Virus genome (UHGV): UHGV-0293664
Direction: 5' to 3' (one strand)
DNA: 64,000 nucleotides
From: a virus
A program made the position numbers and the translations under genes. The notes beneath the pieces were generated by a model, which did no database searches, was not told the origin of the DNA, and worked only from the letters and a program-made list of their open reading frames with translations. Position 1 is the stretch's first letter. Each line of letters starts with the position of its first letter. Positions 10,709 through 20,348 of the stretch are shown here, piece by piece.

Positions 10709-10927
10709 TTACAGATCTCCAACAACTTCCCAAATACCCCAGTGAGCATCCATATCCTTGATAAAGTATCTTTCTCCACGGTTTGTCCACACACCTATCC
10801 CAACTTTACCATCTATCCCATTGTATACATCTGCCTCATACTCTTTGCCCGGTGTAAAGTGTACACCCATCATAAGGGCTGTTATTCCGTTAGGATTTTT
10901 AAATTTAACAAATTTTACTTTGCTCAT
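10709..10927 (-). CDS. hypothetical protein
   Basis: 72 aa; AAGGA SD upstream; minus-strand operon. Confidence 0.6.
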   Translation of the reverse strand: MSKVKFVKFKNPNGITALMMGVHFTPGKEYEADVYNGIDGKVGIGVWTNRGERYFIKDMDAHWGIWEVVGDL

Positions 10928-10928
10928 A

Positions 10929-11258
10929 TTACTTAATCCTTGCAGTTACAGTAGCGCTATACCCCATGTAGTTATGAGACATAAAGAATGTAAGCCCTTT
11001 AAGTTCAGGATTCTTTCTAAGAAATCGTTTCAATTTTCGAATGCAATTAACACCATGATCATAGTTTGAGAAATTAAATTTAATACCCTGCTCTATCATA
11101 GTGCACACTTCTTCATGGGTATGCCATTGTCTATCGTGGTCACAAAACCAGTAACCAATACTTTCTTTTTCTTGGATATGCAACCCCCAAAATACTTTAT
11201 GCATTGGATATTTTGGTTTTCTACCATGATAATGTAGTTTAATATTCACATGTGCCAT
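10929..11258 (-). CDS. hypothetical protein
   Basis: 109 aa; GGAGT SD upstream; abuts downstream gene. Confidence 0.6.
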   Translation of the reverse strand: MAHVNIKLHYHGRKPKYPMHKVFWGLHIQEKESIGYWFCDHDRQWHTHEEVCTMIEQGIKFNFSNYDHGVNCIRKLKRFLRKNPELKGLTFFMSHNYMGYSATVTARIK

Positions 11259-11428
11259 TTTTTTGTTACTCCGTTCTGTATCTGTGATAATGAGAATAGC
11301 AAACTGGAGTGTGTGCTGTCAACAACATTTTTTAAGCGTTTTGGGGAAGTTTTTTGAAAGGTGGGTGTAATCACAAGAGGGGGTAGAGTTATTGAAGGCA
11401 CAGGCCTCGTTTGAGGCCTTAAAACAGA

Positions 11429-11809
11429 TTATGATGCTTTGACGTAGCGCTCTGACAAAGCTGGGAAGCCAAAAGCAGCACCTACACTGCCGTACGCTAT
11501 CCACCATTGAAGTTCATCGTGACACCATTTTCCGATCAGAAAGGTGCTGGGGTAGCGGGTCAATATTTTGGCATAAGCTTTAGGGTCTGCATCCTCTGGG
11601 ATAATGATGCTTGGAACATCTTTGTTATGACCACAGCAGCAGTTTAGAGTTTTCAATCCTGCCGCCCATAGACTCATGATAGGCTTAGCCATGCACTTAT
11701 CAAGGCACACACGTTTTTTGCCGTCTCGAAGTTTTTTAGGCACATCAACGATAACATTTGGATGCTTGGCACCTTTCACTTTCCAATTATAGGATTTACA
11801 CTTGCACAT
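11429..11809 (-). CDS. hypothetical Cys-rich protein
   Basis: 126-aa ORF, several Cys clusters (CLDKC, CCCGH). Confidence 0.55.
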   Translation of the reverse strand: MCKCKSYNWKVKGAKHPNVIVDVPKKLRDGKKRVCLDKCMAKPIMSLWAAGLKTLNCCCGHNKDVPSIIIPEDADPKAYAKILTRYPSTFLIGKWCHDELQWWIAYGSVGAAFGFPALSERYVKAS

Positions 11810-11935
11810 TTAATCAGTCTCCGTCTAGAAAGCTCTGTAACTAAAATGATGCACAAAACTACCTAGCAATGCAATCTTATGCCTGCGGTGAGTTAAGTGC
11901 GCTACAGGGACTCCTGTTGCGTTTTAAGGCATATT

Positions 11936-12106
11936 TTACTTAAAGTCTTTATCACCTGCCACGATTGCATGAATCCACTCATTGTGATGCTTAATAGCGG
12001 TGAGATGTAACATGATGTAGTGATCGTCATTGCCAAACATGGTATGATAGGCTTTGGCAGCATTTTGATATAACTTCCACATCAGGTAATAATATCTTCG
12101 CCTCAT
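11936..12106 (-). CDS. possible small protein (56 aa)
   Basis: Hand-translated ORF MRRRYYYLMWKLYQNAAKAYHTMF..., starts 5 nt after stop of upstream gene; not in ORF track (<60 aa). Confidence 0.3.
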   Translation of the reverse strand: MRRRYYYLMWKLYQNAAKAYHTMFGNDDHYIMLHLTAIKHHNEWIHAIVAGDKDFK

Positions 12107-12111
12107 GGCTC

Positions 12112-12582
12112 TTACTCCGGTTCAGGATCTGGGTAATCTTCAATAATAAAGGGCCATCCGTTCCGCTTAGCCTCAGACTTATACTCGATCTCCTTCATTG
12201 CAAACTCTAACTGATTCTTAGCCGGAATACATGCCGGAGAATCATCAATCCAGATATCTGGGTAGATATCAAACTGCGCCAGATAGGCTGCCTTCTGAAC
12301 ACCCCCAGTATAAAACACACCAACATCAAGCTCCTTGCGCCAATACTCAATGTCTACATTGTCTTGAGTAATGAATCGGGAAGTCACAAGGTAGACTGTC
12401 CACCCCTCCTTCTTCAGATCCCTGATCAGGCGGGAGAAGATGAAAGGGCTCGCATTAAACGTTCCATCAAAGTCAATGGCAATGATGTGCGTGCCGTGGC
12501 GAGTCTCATATGGATTGCTCGTGGTAAGATTGCTGTAGTTAAAAGGAACTTCTTCCCCGCAGTAGCTGTAGTCCATATTCAC
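12112..12582 (-). CDS. HAD-superfamily phosphatase-like protein (possible nucleotidase)
   Basis: 156 aa; HAD motif I-like IAIDFDGTF near N-terminus. Confidence 0.75.
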   Translation of the reverse strand: MNMDYSYCGEEVPFNYSNLTTSNPYETRHGTHIIAIDFDGTFNASPFIFSRLIRDLKKEGWTVYLVTSRFITQDNVDIEYWRKELDVGVFYTGGVQKAAYLAQFDIYPDIWIDDSPACIPAKNQLEFAMKEIEYKSEAKRNGWPFIIEDYPDPEPE

Positions 12583-12854
12583 ACCTTCTCGTTGATAAAT
12601 TTACGGGCGGTTTGGTGAGTTGTTTCTGCTGTCTTCAGAATGATGTTAATTTTATTGTCAAGATCATTCATCTCTGCAGTTAATTCAGGAATCTCTCCGG
12701 CGTGCATAGTGAAATCATACATAGACATGCCCAGAATCTCATTGATGCGGCGGTTGCATTCTGCAGCACGCTGGTTCATTTTCCAAGCTAACACCAAAGC
12801 CTCCTGCGTAGCCTCTAGTGCAAAATCTAATACGTCGGCCTCTTCTTTCGTCAT
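12579..12854 (-). CDS. hypothetical protein
   Basis: 91 aa; 4-nt overlap with downstream gene. Confidence 0.65.
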   Translation of the reverse strand: MTKEEADVLDFALEATQEALVLAWKMNQRAAECNRRINEILGMSMYDFTMHAGEIPELTAEMNDLDNKINIILKTAETTHQTARKFINEKV

Positions 12855-12911
12855 GTCAGTCTCTCCTGTTGTATTGTTGGTAGGTGTATGAATACCTTAT
12901 AACTCACCTTT

Positions 12912-13478
12912 TTATTCAAACTGCAATAGTAAATCCACCACCGCGCTAGGTCTGTCAACAAATTCCCCTGGTCCACATGCCCATAAAGGGTATCCGTCTA
13001 CATACCGCCAAATCCAACCTGCAGTGTGGAGTTCGAGCAGGGCAGTACCGTCCTTACTGTCAACCACTCTTTCCCACAGTGTCGGGCAGCGAAGCTTGAG
13101 GATCGGATCCCCTCCCTTATACCCGTCCATGTAGATACCCATTGCAAAGTTCAGCATCATCTTTTTGTGCACCGATCTCTTACTGAGAGTGCTCATCACT
13201 TCCTCTTTGTGAATGTTTGTAAGCTTCTCCTTGGCTATCCGCAGATCGTTGCAACCATTGTTCAGCAAATCTTCTAGACACCTGATCCGAAGGTCGTGAA
13301 TGTCTTTGTCGTGTACCGTTGGCACAGGGTCGTAGCGGTATAGCACTGTTGATACAAGGTTGCTCGGGTGTGGGTCTGACAGCAACCCATAACCCCAATA
13401 CTCTTCTGTATCTGAAAGGACAAGACACCCAATGTCTCTGTCAAGCTTTCCTGTGTTGTAAGCCACATTGACCGCCAT
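12912..13478 (-). CDS. hypothetical protein
   Basis: 188-aa ORF in minus-strand operon. Confidence 0.7.
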   Translation of the reverse strand: MAVNVAYNTGKLDRDIGCLVLSDTEEYWGYGLLSDPHPSNLVSTVLYRYDPVPTVHDKDIHDLRIRCLEDLLNNGCNDLRIAKEKLTNIHKEEVMSTLSKRSVHKKMMLNFAMGIYMDGYKGGDPILKLRCPTLWERVVDSKDGTALLELHTAGWIWRYVDGYPLWACGPGEFVDRPSAVVDLLLQFE

Positions 13479-13480
13479 GA

Positions 13481-13726
13481 CTATAGCTCCACTAGCAAAG
13501 TGCTTTCAAAGTGCCGTTCATGCAGACCGTTGTAAGGGACCACCTCCACAACGCCATCACGAACATATGGGGTCATCATAGTGGTATAATCTCCAAACGG
13601 GTTGGTATTGTCACTAACCACAACCACCTTCTGCCCTTCCTTGGCAGAGTGCCAAATAGATCTGCACTTCATCAGGTGTTCGAGAGCTCCAGGTAAAATT
13701 TTGTTACGTTCTTTACGGGTCTTCAT
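13481..13726 (-). CDS. hypothetical protein
   Basis: 81 aa; tightly packed. Confidence 0.6.
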   Translation of the reverse strand: MKTRKERNKILPGALEHLMKCRSIWHSAKEGQKVVVVSDNTNPFGDYTTMMTPYVRDGVVEVVPYNGLHERHFESTLLVEL

Positions 13727-14172
13727 AACAGGTATAGCTCCTTATGAAAGTGATCTTTTAATTTCTCACTGAGAAACTTCTTGATACCTTCCTCTAAAGT
13801 GTTTTCGATGTAGTCCAGCTTAACTGCTTCGATAGACATATCATAGATCGCCAGCTCTAAGCTGTCAAGTCCCATCATAGCATGAACCATAAGATTTTCA
13901 TCTTCAGATACATTCAGGGGACTTCCTATAACATCTGGAGGCAGAATAGTTTCCCAATTATTCTGGGTGGTAGTTCTCCCCCCCTCTGCTTTACGGCGCA
14001 GTTCGAATGTGTTCTTAGTATAGAACACTTCATAAGAAACGATACGACTGTCGCTCTCATAATAAACGAAGTTCAGGTAGGAGCCTAGCCGCAGTCGGCA
14101 AACTTCCACCCCAAACCATTGTTTCTTATAAGAATTCAGGCTAATGCTGTCGCATTCACGTTTGCTCAACAC
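13723..14172 (-). CDS. hypothetical protein
   Basis: 149 aa; 4-nt overlap with downstream gene. Confidence 0.7.
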   Translation of the reverse strand: MLSKRECDSISLNSYKKQWFGVEVCRLRLGSYLNFVYYESDSRIVSYEVFYTKNTFELRRKAEGGRTTTQNNWETILPPDVIGSPLNVSEDENLMVHAMMGLDSLELAIYDMSIEAVKLDYIENTLEEGIKKFLSEKLKDHFHKELYLL

Positions 14173-14188
14173 GGCTCTCTCCTTTTTG

Positions 14189-14422
14189 TTAATCTTCGTA
14201 AATCAGGATTTCTGCTTTAGGTTTTCGTGCTTTCAGATCCAGCTCTATCCAATGCACCATGGCTGTTTCAAGAAAAACAGCCTGGATGCATCCGTCCTCA
14301 GCGTGCCCTACCAACATAACAAGATCTTCACCTTCGTCATCTGCATCACGAACATACAGAATCTCTCCAGATTCAAAGTCTTTCACAACCTGATTGCTGG
14401 ATAATTTACGAATTTTTGCCAT
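14189..14422 (-). CDS. hypothetical protein (distant member of the 87-aa paralog family)
   Basis: 77 aa; adjacent to three tandem paralogs. Confidence 0.65.
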   Translation of the reverse strand: MAKIRKLSSNQVVKDFESGEILYVRDADDEGEDLVMLVGHAEDGCIQAVFLETAMVHWIELDLKARKPKAEILIYED

Positions 14423-14423
14423 A

Positions 14424-14687
14424 TCAGAAACCCTCTAAAAAGCTCTTGTAGAAAACAATCTCAGTGTCCACACCAGTCACAATCTTGTCGTTCCTGATTT
14501 CATCGGTAAGATAGGTGTCAAAACGCAGAACCTGTGTGGTGTTGTCACACATCCACTCAGCTGTGACCATTGCGAAAATCTTAGCATCTTCATTATCCGG
14601 TGTAAATGTTACCACCTCACCGCATTTAAACTTTTCGATAGGTTGAGTGTTAGCTTTCGGCTCTGCGATAGTGATTTTTGTGGTCAT
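14424..14687 (-). CDS. small paralog family protein, copy 3
   Basis: 87 aa, 264 nt; shares CGxVV / FD...L pattern with copies 1 and 2. Confidence 0.7.
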   Translation of the reverse strand: MTTKITIAEPKANTQPIEKFKCGEVVTFTPDNEDAKIFAMVTAEWMCDNTTQVLRFDTYLTDEIRNDKIVTGVDTEIVFYKSFLEGF

Positions 14688-14950
14688 TATTCTCCTCCTT
14701 GTTTTGAATAGCTTGTCTCTCCAAGGATGGTAATTTTGGTATCAAGCTCTGTAACTTTCATGTTTGGTGGCAGATCGTACAACTCCTTATTTTCTAAATC
14801 GAACCCCCACACACAATGTTCTCCTGTTTTGACAATCATAACTATGTTTTGAATGCCGTCTCCGTCGCAACTTACCACGGTCCCACACGGAAAACTATCT
14901 GCACGCTTTTTGTTCTTCACCTTAGAATTGAATACAATGCTAGTAGCCAT
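14687..14950 (-). CDS. small paralog family protein, copy 2
   Basis: 87 aa, 264 nt; MAT...KKR...PGTVV...FDL...ILGE shared with copy 1. Confidence 0.7.
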   Translation of the reverse strand: MATSIVFNSKVKNKKRADSFPCGTVVSCDGDGIQNIVMIVKTGEHCVWGFDLENKELYDLPPNMKVTELDTKITILGETSYSKQGGE

Positions 14951-15213
14951 TATTGTTCCTCCACCATAACTTCGCCAAGAATTTCTATGCAGGCATCCAT
15001 TTCTGTAACAACCAAGGTGTGAGGTAGTTCTGCAAACACCTTTCTGAACAGGTCAAATACCCCAACATATATGTTTGCAGGATGTGATTTTACAACAAGT
15101 GCTGTATTCACATCCCCAAGTTCATCAACAAACATCACCACAGTGCCTGGAGCTACTGAAGACAGATACTTCTTAGTTTTACGGTTTGATGCAAATTTTA
15201 ACTCTGTTGCCAT
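14950..15213 (-). CDS. small paralog family protein, copy 1
   Basis: 87 aa, 264 nt; start/stop abut the next copy. Confidence 0.7.
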   Translation of the reverse strand: MATELKFASNRKTKKYLSSVAPGTVVMFVDELGDVNTALVVKSHPANIYVGVFDLFRKVFAELPHTLVVTEMDACIEILGEVMVEEQ

Positions 15214-15228
15214 AAATAATCTCCTCCT

Positions 15229-16710
15229 TTATTTAGCGTACTCGATTAATTCCACAGTTTTCCCAAAGCTCGGGATATAATTTTTATTATACCCCTCGGT
15301 GAGAACCCATAAAGTATCGTACTTTTTCCACTTGTTGTCAACAGCCTTTTGTTCAAAGTTATGCTCAAAGTATAGGTCGGTCAGGACGATGACATCTTTT
15401 GCATTCGGTATATTGGCATCCAGATACTCGAACACGCAAGCAGCTGTTGTGCCCCATGTTGAGTGGACCTCATAGTTGATCATCTCATCTATGTTACCGC
15501 GAGTGTATACTTTAACCTCTCCAACCTCAGTTGACCAACAGAACATTGTAACCTTAAACTCTTTATACAGATTGCACAATCCGGTGATTTCATTGAACAT
15601 TTTCTTTAAAGTTCTTTGAGAGATCGAGCCAGAAACGTCTAAAGCCACCACAATATCTATGGTGTTTTCCGGATTACGACCAGGAACAATAACGTGCTGG
15701 TTCTTGTTTATAGCCCCAACTTTTCGCATTGTGCTGGTCAAAGACCCAGATCGGCGACCAGGTTTTCTGTAGGTCAGTTCAGCCTTTCGTTTAGACAACA
15801 TGCGTTGCTTAATGATATCTATATAGTTGATTACAGGCTTGCCTCTGTTCTTGACAAACTCACGCACCGCCTCAGGGCAACGACCTCCGGAAGCTTGCAT
15901 TGCTGCCTCCAGCATGTCACCAGAATCCTGCATGGCCTGATCTTTATCAGATTGGCTGATTACAGGTTGTGGCCGATCATACCCCATAGCCTTCCCAAGA
16001 TCATCGCTGGTGCCACCGTTCCCGCTCATGTGATCATCGGTTTGTCGCTTATCTCCTTGGGAGTTATCACCTTTACCGCTCTTACTTTTACCGTTATTTT
16101 GATCTCTTTGCCTATCAAGAACTGCATAGACGTTCTCAGCAATCCATCCATGAAACTTCATGTCGCAGTAGCAGCTGGCTAAGAAACCAAAAGGCTTACC
16201 TTTTACGAACGTAGTGCTTTTCCCCTTCGGGAAGAAAACACAAGGGGGCTTGCTAAAGTCAACCACAAGACCTGTGTTGATAACGTGATCACAAGCAATA
16301 TTGAACAGTTCCGGCTCAAAGCTTTTGCCACGGACCAGGTGATCACAGATAATATGCCCCACCTCATGTGACAGAAGGAAAGCCACCTCTTTCACAGATT
16401 TGGGGGAATAGAAAACTTCAGCCATCTCAAACTGCTCTCCAGTTAGAGAGGCCTTGAGAATAGCCTTGCGTTCATCAGCCAACCCCATAATGAACTCAGG
16501 ACTGTAATAGATGCGTTTATGGTCGGTTGCCATGGTGGAGCACCATGTGTGGTTTTCTACGAACTGTAACCCTGACAGCAGTGTGCCATAAAACGGCAGC
16601 TTTTCAAGGAGATACATACGTGCAGCCTGTAACATTCTCAGGGCATCATCTTTCTGTGAGGCAATGATTTCTGAACTTCTGCTATCCATTAAAACTCCAG
16701 AAGGGGCCAT
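15229..16710 (-). CDS. vWA domain protein with N-terminal putative metallopeptidase-like domain (partner type of MoxR ATPases)
   Basis: 493 aa; HExxH-like HEVGHIICDH; MIDAS motif VVALDVSGSIS. Confidence 0.85.
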   Translation of the reverse strand: MAPSGVLMDSRSSEIIASQKDDALRMLQAARMYLLEKLPFYGTLLSGLQFVENHTWCSTMATDHKRIYYSPEFIMGLADERKAILKASLTGEQFEMAEVFYSPKSVKEVAFLLSHEVGHIICDHLVRGKSFEPELFNIACDHVINTGLVVDFSKPPCVFFPKGKSTTFVKGKPFGFLASCYCDMKFHGWIAENVYAVLDRQRDQNNGKSKSGKGDNSQGDKRQTDDHMSGNGGTSDDLGKAMGYDRPQPVISQSDKDQAMQDSGDMLEAAMQASGGRCPEAVREFVKNRGKPVINYIDIIKQRMLSKRKAELTYRKPGRRSGSLTSTMRKVGAINKNQHVIVPGRNPENTIDIVVALDVSGSISQRTLKKMFNEITGLCNLYKEFKVTMFCWSTEVGEVKVYTRGNIDEMINYEVHSTWGTTAACVFEYLDANIPNAKDVIVLTDLYFEHNFEQKAVDNKWKKYDTLWVLTEGYNKNYIPSFGKTVELIEYAK

Positions 16711-16722
16711 TGGCCCCTGTTA

Positions 16723-17712
16723 TTATTTAACGTGTTTGAAAATACCTGCCAACTCGGTCATTGTCATGCGGGTGGTCTTCATAAGATCTGTCATAGCTTT
16801 CTCCATAATTGGGGATACTACCATAAAGTTTCCTTTAGTGAAACCTTTATTCCAGTCGGTCACCAACAGTGGTTTAAGTCCAGCTCCGAGACGTTCACCA
16901 GTTAAAGCACAACATTTTCGAATGTATGTGCTCTTAAACTGGCTGAATGACAGATCCACTTTCATACCTGCATCGTAGAACGTCTGGCAATAGAAAGTGT
17001 AAGCTTTGGCAATCTCAACATCGTCAGGCAGTGCAGGAACCTCTTCTGTAAGCTCTTCTTCGACCCCTTGAGGCTCTTTTTCCTCTTCGTAAGCCTGTTG
17101 CGTCATCTCTTCAATCTCCTCTACTACAGGCTCGTTTACAATGTCAGAAATGTGCTTGTTGGCTCCACGATTAGCCATGAAGTTTTTAAAATCCTGCATT
17201 GGTGACATATCTTCCTCCCATTCTTCGTCAAAGAGTGCCAGTTTATCCTCTTCCGTTCCATATTGCAAGATGAAATCTTCAAAAGTGTAATCACCTTTCA
17301 ATTTCTCCATACGCTCTTCGCTCAGGTGGAGCATCATCTGCTGGACAATTTTTCGATCAGTTTTGTCTTTAATCAAGACTGCGGTCTTTTTATCTACCAG
17401 ACAGTCCTTTAGAGAGTTGCATCTCAACCCTACCACACAACAGTTATCAACCGCATAAGGGCCTTCATCATCTATCCGCTCTAGAGATGGGTAGAAAGGA
17501 TTTCCCAGTCCGTTTTCATCCGTGTGCATGTCGAAAGGTATAAGGGTATAGTCGCATACTCCATCTCCTAAAAGTTTTTTACCAAATAGGAGATATTCTT
17601 CCCATGACAGGTTGAACTCTATATCTCGTTTCCGTGCATTATTCTGTTTGCGTCTGTATTTTTTGAGCAAGCGCTCTAACTCTTCTGGTGTATAATATTT
17701 TTCAAGATTCAT
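16723..17712 (-). CDS. hypothetical acidic protein
   Basis: ORF track start at 17778 is TTG and overlaps a minus-strand promoter; ATG at 17712 (MNLEKYY...) lies downstream of that promoter. Confidence 0.7.
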   Translation of the reverse strand: MNLEKYYTPEELERLLKKYRRKQNNARKRDIEFNLSWEEYLLFGKKLLGDGVCDYTLIPFDMHTDENGLGNPFYPSLERIDDEGPYAVDNCCVVGLRCNSLKDCLVDKKTAVLIKDKTDRKIVQQMMLHLSEERMEKLKGDYTFEDFILQYGTEEDKLALFDEEWEEDMSPMQDFKNFMANRGANKHISDIVNEPVVEEIEEMTQQAYEEEKEPQGVEEELTEEVPALPDDVEIAKAYTFYCQTFYDAGMKVDLSFSQFKSTYIRKCCALTGERLGAGLKPLLVTDWNKGFTKGNFMVVSPIMEKAMTDLMKTTRMTMTELAGIFKHVK

Positions 17713-17743
17713 GAGTTGTCTCTTGTGCTCTGTGGGTGGAGAA

Positions 17744-17772
17744 ATCTTACCAAGGGCCTGGGAAGATGTCAA
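17744..17772 (-). promoter_or_regulatory. sigma70-like promoter for minus-strand operon
   Basis: TTGACA-17 nt-TAAGAT on minus strand. Confidence 0.6.
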
Positions 17773-17785
17773 CCTCAAAAACGTG

Positions 17786-17814
17786 TTGACTTTACTCTAA
17801 ATCCTCGATATAGT
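17786..17814 (+). promoter_or_regulatory. sigma70-like promoter for plus-strand replication module
   Basis: TTGACT-17 nt-TATAGT, 40 nt upstream of ATG 17855. Confidence 0.65.
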
Positions 17815-17854
17815 GCACCCATTCGAAAGAAAACTAGCATAGGAGTACTTATTC

Positions 17855-18754
17855 ATGGCAAATCTTAACAGTTTTAGCACCAGGTGGCAACAGGATATAA
17901 CAACCAATCTTTCAGCTGGAGATATCCTTTCTGCAATTTACGAGGCTTTGGATGATAAAGCTACTTCAAGATCGGTTTGTACTAATCCGCTAATTCCTAT
18001 AGTGATGAAGGTAATTGAGCGGAGGTTGGTATCCGGGTCTGATAAGTGGACATACCTTGATAATGGAGGGCATACTTACTCCAACGGATATGTTGATATA
18101 AAAGTGGAATACGCAGTATCATACCGCCGGAGCGGTTCTGTAACTTTCAACTTCTCTGGAGGTTTTCGATCTCTGGCTACTTCACCTTTTGTTTCCTCAG
18201 AGGAGAAGTATGAGCTGCCATTTCTTTGGATGATGGCTAACGCGACAGGAAAAACCCCCGTTAGCATCCGAGTAAAATACAACTACAACGGATCTAGTAA
18301 GATCTATGCCGAAAGTGCCTCAGCAAGTTTTTATTTTGTGATGGGGGATGGAATCCTCAAACATATAAAGATGTGCGATATGCATGATGTTATAAATGAA
18401 GTGACTGATAAGAATGTTCTAGTGAAAGACCTCAATAATTTTTATACACCTGGAGACTATTACGTCAACCGCCCACTGTGCATCTTTAATGCCGCACACC
18501 CTTTAGGTGAGTATTTGATCGCCAATAGCGATATTGCCAATAACCGCTTCGAGGTAGCAAGAGTACAGAATGAGGTATTGACATCTTGCAAGAGCGGTGA
18601 TAAGTTTACCGAAGAAGAGATGGGTGTTTTAGAAATGATGGGATATAAGTGTAGCCTTTGGGTAGATGAGGTGTTTAATGACTGCATCTATGGACAGGAT
18701 ATTTACCCGTTAAAGAAGTATACTGATTCCAGTTTAATTTACGCGGAGATTTGA
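17855..18754 (+). CDS. hypothetical protein
   Basis: 299 aa; AGGAG SD 9 nt upstream. Confidence 0.8.
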   Translation: MANLNSFSTRWQQDITTNLSAGDILSAIYEALDDKATSRSVCTNPLIPIVMKVIERRLVSGSDKWTYLDNGGHTYSNGYVDIKVEYAVSYRRSGSVTFNFSGGFRSLATSPFVSSEEKYELPFLWMMANATGKTPVSIRVKYNYNGSSKIYAESASASFYFVMGDGILKHIKMCDMHDVINEVTDKNVLVKDLNNFYTPGDYYVNRPLCIFNAAHPLGEYLIANSDIANNRFEVARVQNEVLTSCKSGDKFTEEEMGVLEMMGYKCSLWVDEVFNDCIYGQDIYPLKKYTDSSLIYAEI

Positions 18755-19029
18755 CTATGATGAAGTCATGTGGTAGTGTATATTATGTTGGTGAGAATGT
18801 TCAGGCAGACAGCGTGTGGAAATCCATTAAGTCTACCACCGACGATGCCTTCTTGAGCGGGTTATGTTTTCCCAGCCCTGGGGACACTCTCCCTTACCCT
18901 GGAGATTTTGTTGTCAACAAGATGGACGGTTATACCGTGTGCCTGATGGTTGAAAAAATCTTTTTAGACACTAGACACAATCACCGTCTTGTGTTAAAAT
19001 TTCAAGAATGTAAAATGACAATTGCCTAA
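18751..19029 (+). CDS. hypothetical protein
   Basis: 92 aa; start overlaps upstream stop. Confidence 0.6.
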   Translation: MTMMKSCGSVYYVGENVQADSVWKSIKSTTDDAFLSGLCFPSPGDTLPYPGDFVVNKMDGYTVCLMVEKIFLDTRHNHRLVLKFQECKMTIA

Positions 19030-19042
19030 GGAGGCCTTGCCT

Positions 19043-19399
19043 ATGTCTAAAGTTACGTATCGTGCAGCTATTTACTGCAATGAACACCCAATCAATAATG
19101 ATGGTCACTGCCTTTTTAAAGAAAATCAGTTGGGCTGTATTGTCCTCCCTGATGAAGGGAAAGGTTATCTGATTGCATTGACAGGGTTTGAGCCTGAAGC
19201 TTTGGAAGCCAATCTGGACTACCTGGTAGAAGAGGGTGCTGCAGACCTGGTTGCCAATGGCCTCTCCATAAACCTTGACGAAGTGGAGCGCTTCATGGGC
19301 AATTACCGTGTAGTGCGTGAGTTTACTATCGAGGTGGAAACTCCAGAGTGGGGTAGCCCTGAAACTAATACCGAAGAAAAAGAAGAGGAGGTAGAATAA
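19043..19399 (+). CDS. hypothetical protein
   Basis: ATG 19043 preceded by AAGGAGG; track start 19022 is TTG. Confidence 0.7.
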   Translation: MSKVTYRAAIYCNEHPINNDGHCLFKENQLGCIVLPDEGKGYLIALTGFEPEALEANLDYLVEEGAADLVANGLSINLDEVERFMGNYRVVREFTIEVETPEWGSPETNTEEKEEEVE

Positions 19400-19656
19400 T
19401 GAAAGTGCAGATTTTGACTAATGCCGAGAAGATGTTTATTGAAGATACACCTTTTGAAGCTGGTGAGCTACAGTTCGTTTATTTTGTTGACTTAGATAAG
19501 GTGTTCCCTGCACTGAATCTGGGTCTGGATGAAGTTCCTCATAAGGTTTTGTGCCAAGTTGTTCGTGCTTTAGCGGCAGATGGGGAGTTCCACACTCTTG
19601 AAGATATCCAGACCTACGGGTATCTTGAACTACAACGAGAAGAAGAGGTGGATTGA
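19399..19656 (+). CDS. hypothetical protein
   Basis: 85 aa; GAGGAGG SD; start overlaps stop. Confidence 0.75.
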   Translation: MKVQILTNAEKMFIEDTPFEAGELQFVYFVDLDKVFPALNLGLDEVPHKVLCQVVRALAADGEFHTLEDIQTYGYLELQREEEVD

Positions 19657-19658
19657 TA

Positions 19659-20039
19659 ATGGCCCGATGGAAGACAACGGTTGACCTGCATGATCAGTGG
19701 TTAGGACGCATCACTGAAGACGGGAAACTAGTAGAGTGGGACAATAAACATGTCAGCGAGTTGGCAAGTATTGTGGCTGGCAAGTTACGCTCCAAGTTCC
19801 CTGAACAACTGGATCCTGATAATTCAAAGTTCGATCCTGAGTTGGAGGATGTTGTATACTACTTCGATACCGTGGATGACTACGATGCGTGGTTTGCAGC
19901 ACGGGAGCTTTACCCACAAGGCTCCGCTATGCGTCAGATGGAAGAAGATTATCCTCCGTGCGAGCAATTCAATAGCGCAATGACTTGCCTCTATGATTGG
20001 GCAGATAAGAACCTTGTCTGGATCCGGACTGCATTCTAG
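19659..20039 (+). CDS. hypothetical protein
   Basis: ATG 19659 after AAGAGGTGG; track start 19653 is TTG. Confidence 0.7.
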   Translation: MARWKTTVDLHDQWLGRITEDGKLVEWDNKHVSELASIVAGKLRSKFPEQLDPDNSKFDPELEDVVYYFDTVDDYDAWFAARELYPQGSAMRQMEEDYPPCEQFNSAMTCLYDWADKNLVWIRTAF

Positions 20040-20054
20040 CAGGCTGTGGCAAGG

Positions 20055-20348
20055 ATGCCACTTAAAAGAGTAATAAGCATGTTATACCAGAAACACAAAC
20101 TTTGTGCAGAAAAAGAGTTAAATTTTGACAAAGTTATCCACAGATATTGTTATGGGAAAACCGGAAGACAACTAAGAAGGTGTACCCCAACATTCTTTCA
20201 CCCCAGTAGACGGCTAAGTCCTGAAGAAGCAACAGCAGAAAGGGTTGCATACAACTGGGAAGTTGTGTACGATATTGACAGATCCGATGTGGCATCTGTT
20301 TTGGAAAACTTTGAAAACACTTACACACAAGTAGAGGACTTTTACTAA
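20055..20348 (+). CDS. hypothetical basic protein
   Basis: 97 aa from ATG 20055; stop overlaps ATG of next gene (TAATG). Confidence 0.5.
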   Translation: MPLKRVISMLYQKHKLCAEKELNFDKVIHRYCYGKTGRQLRRCTPTFFHPSRRLSPEEATAERVAYNWEVVYDIDRSDVASVLENFENTYTQVEDFY

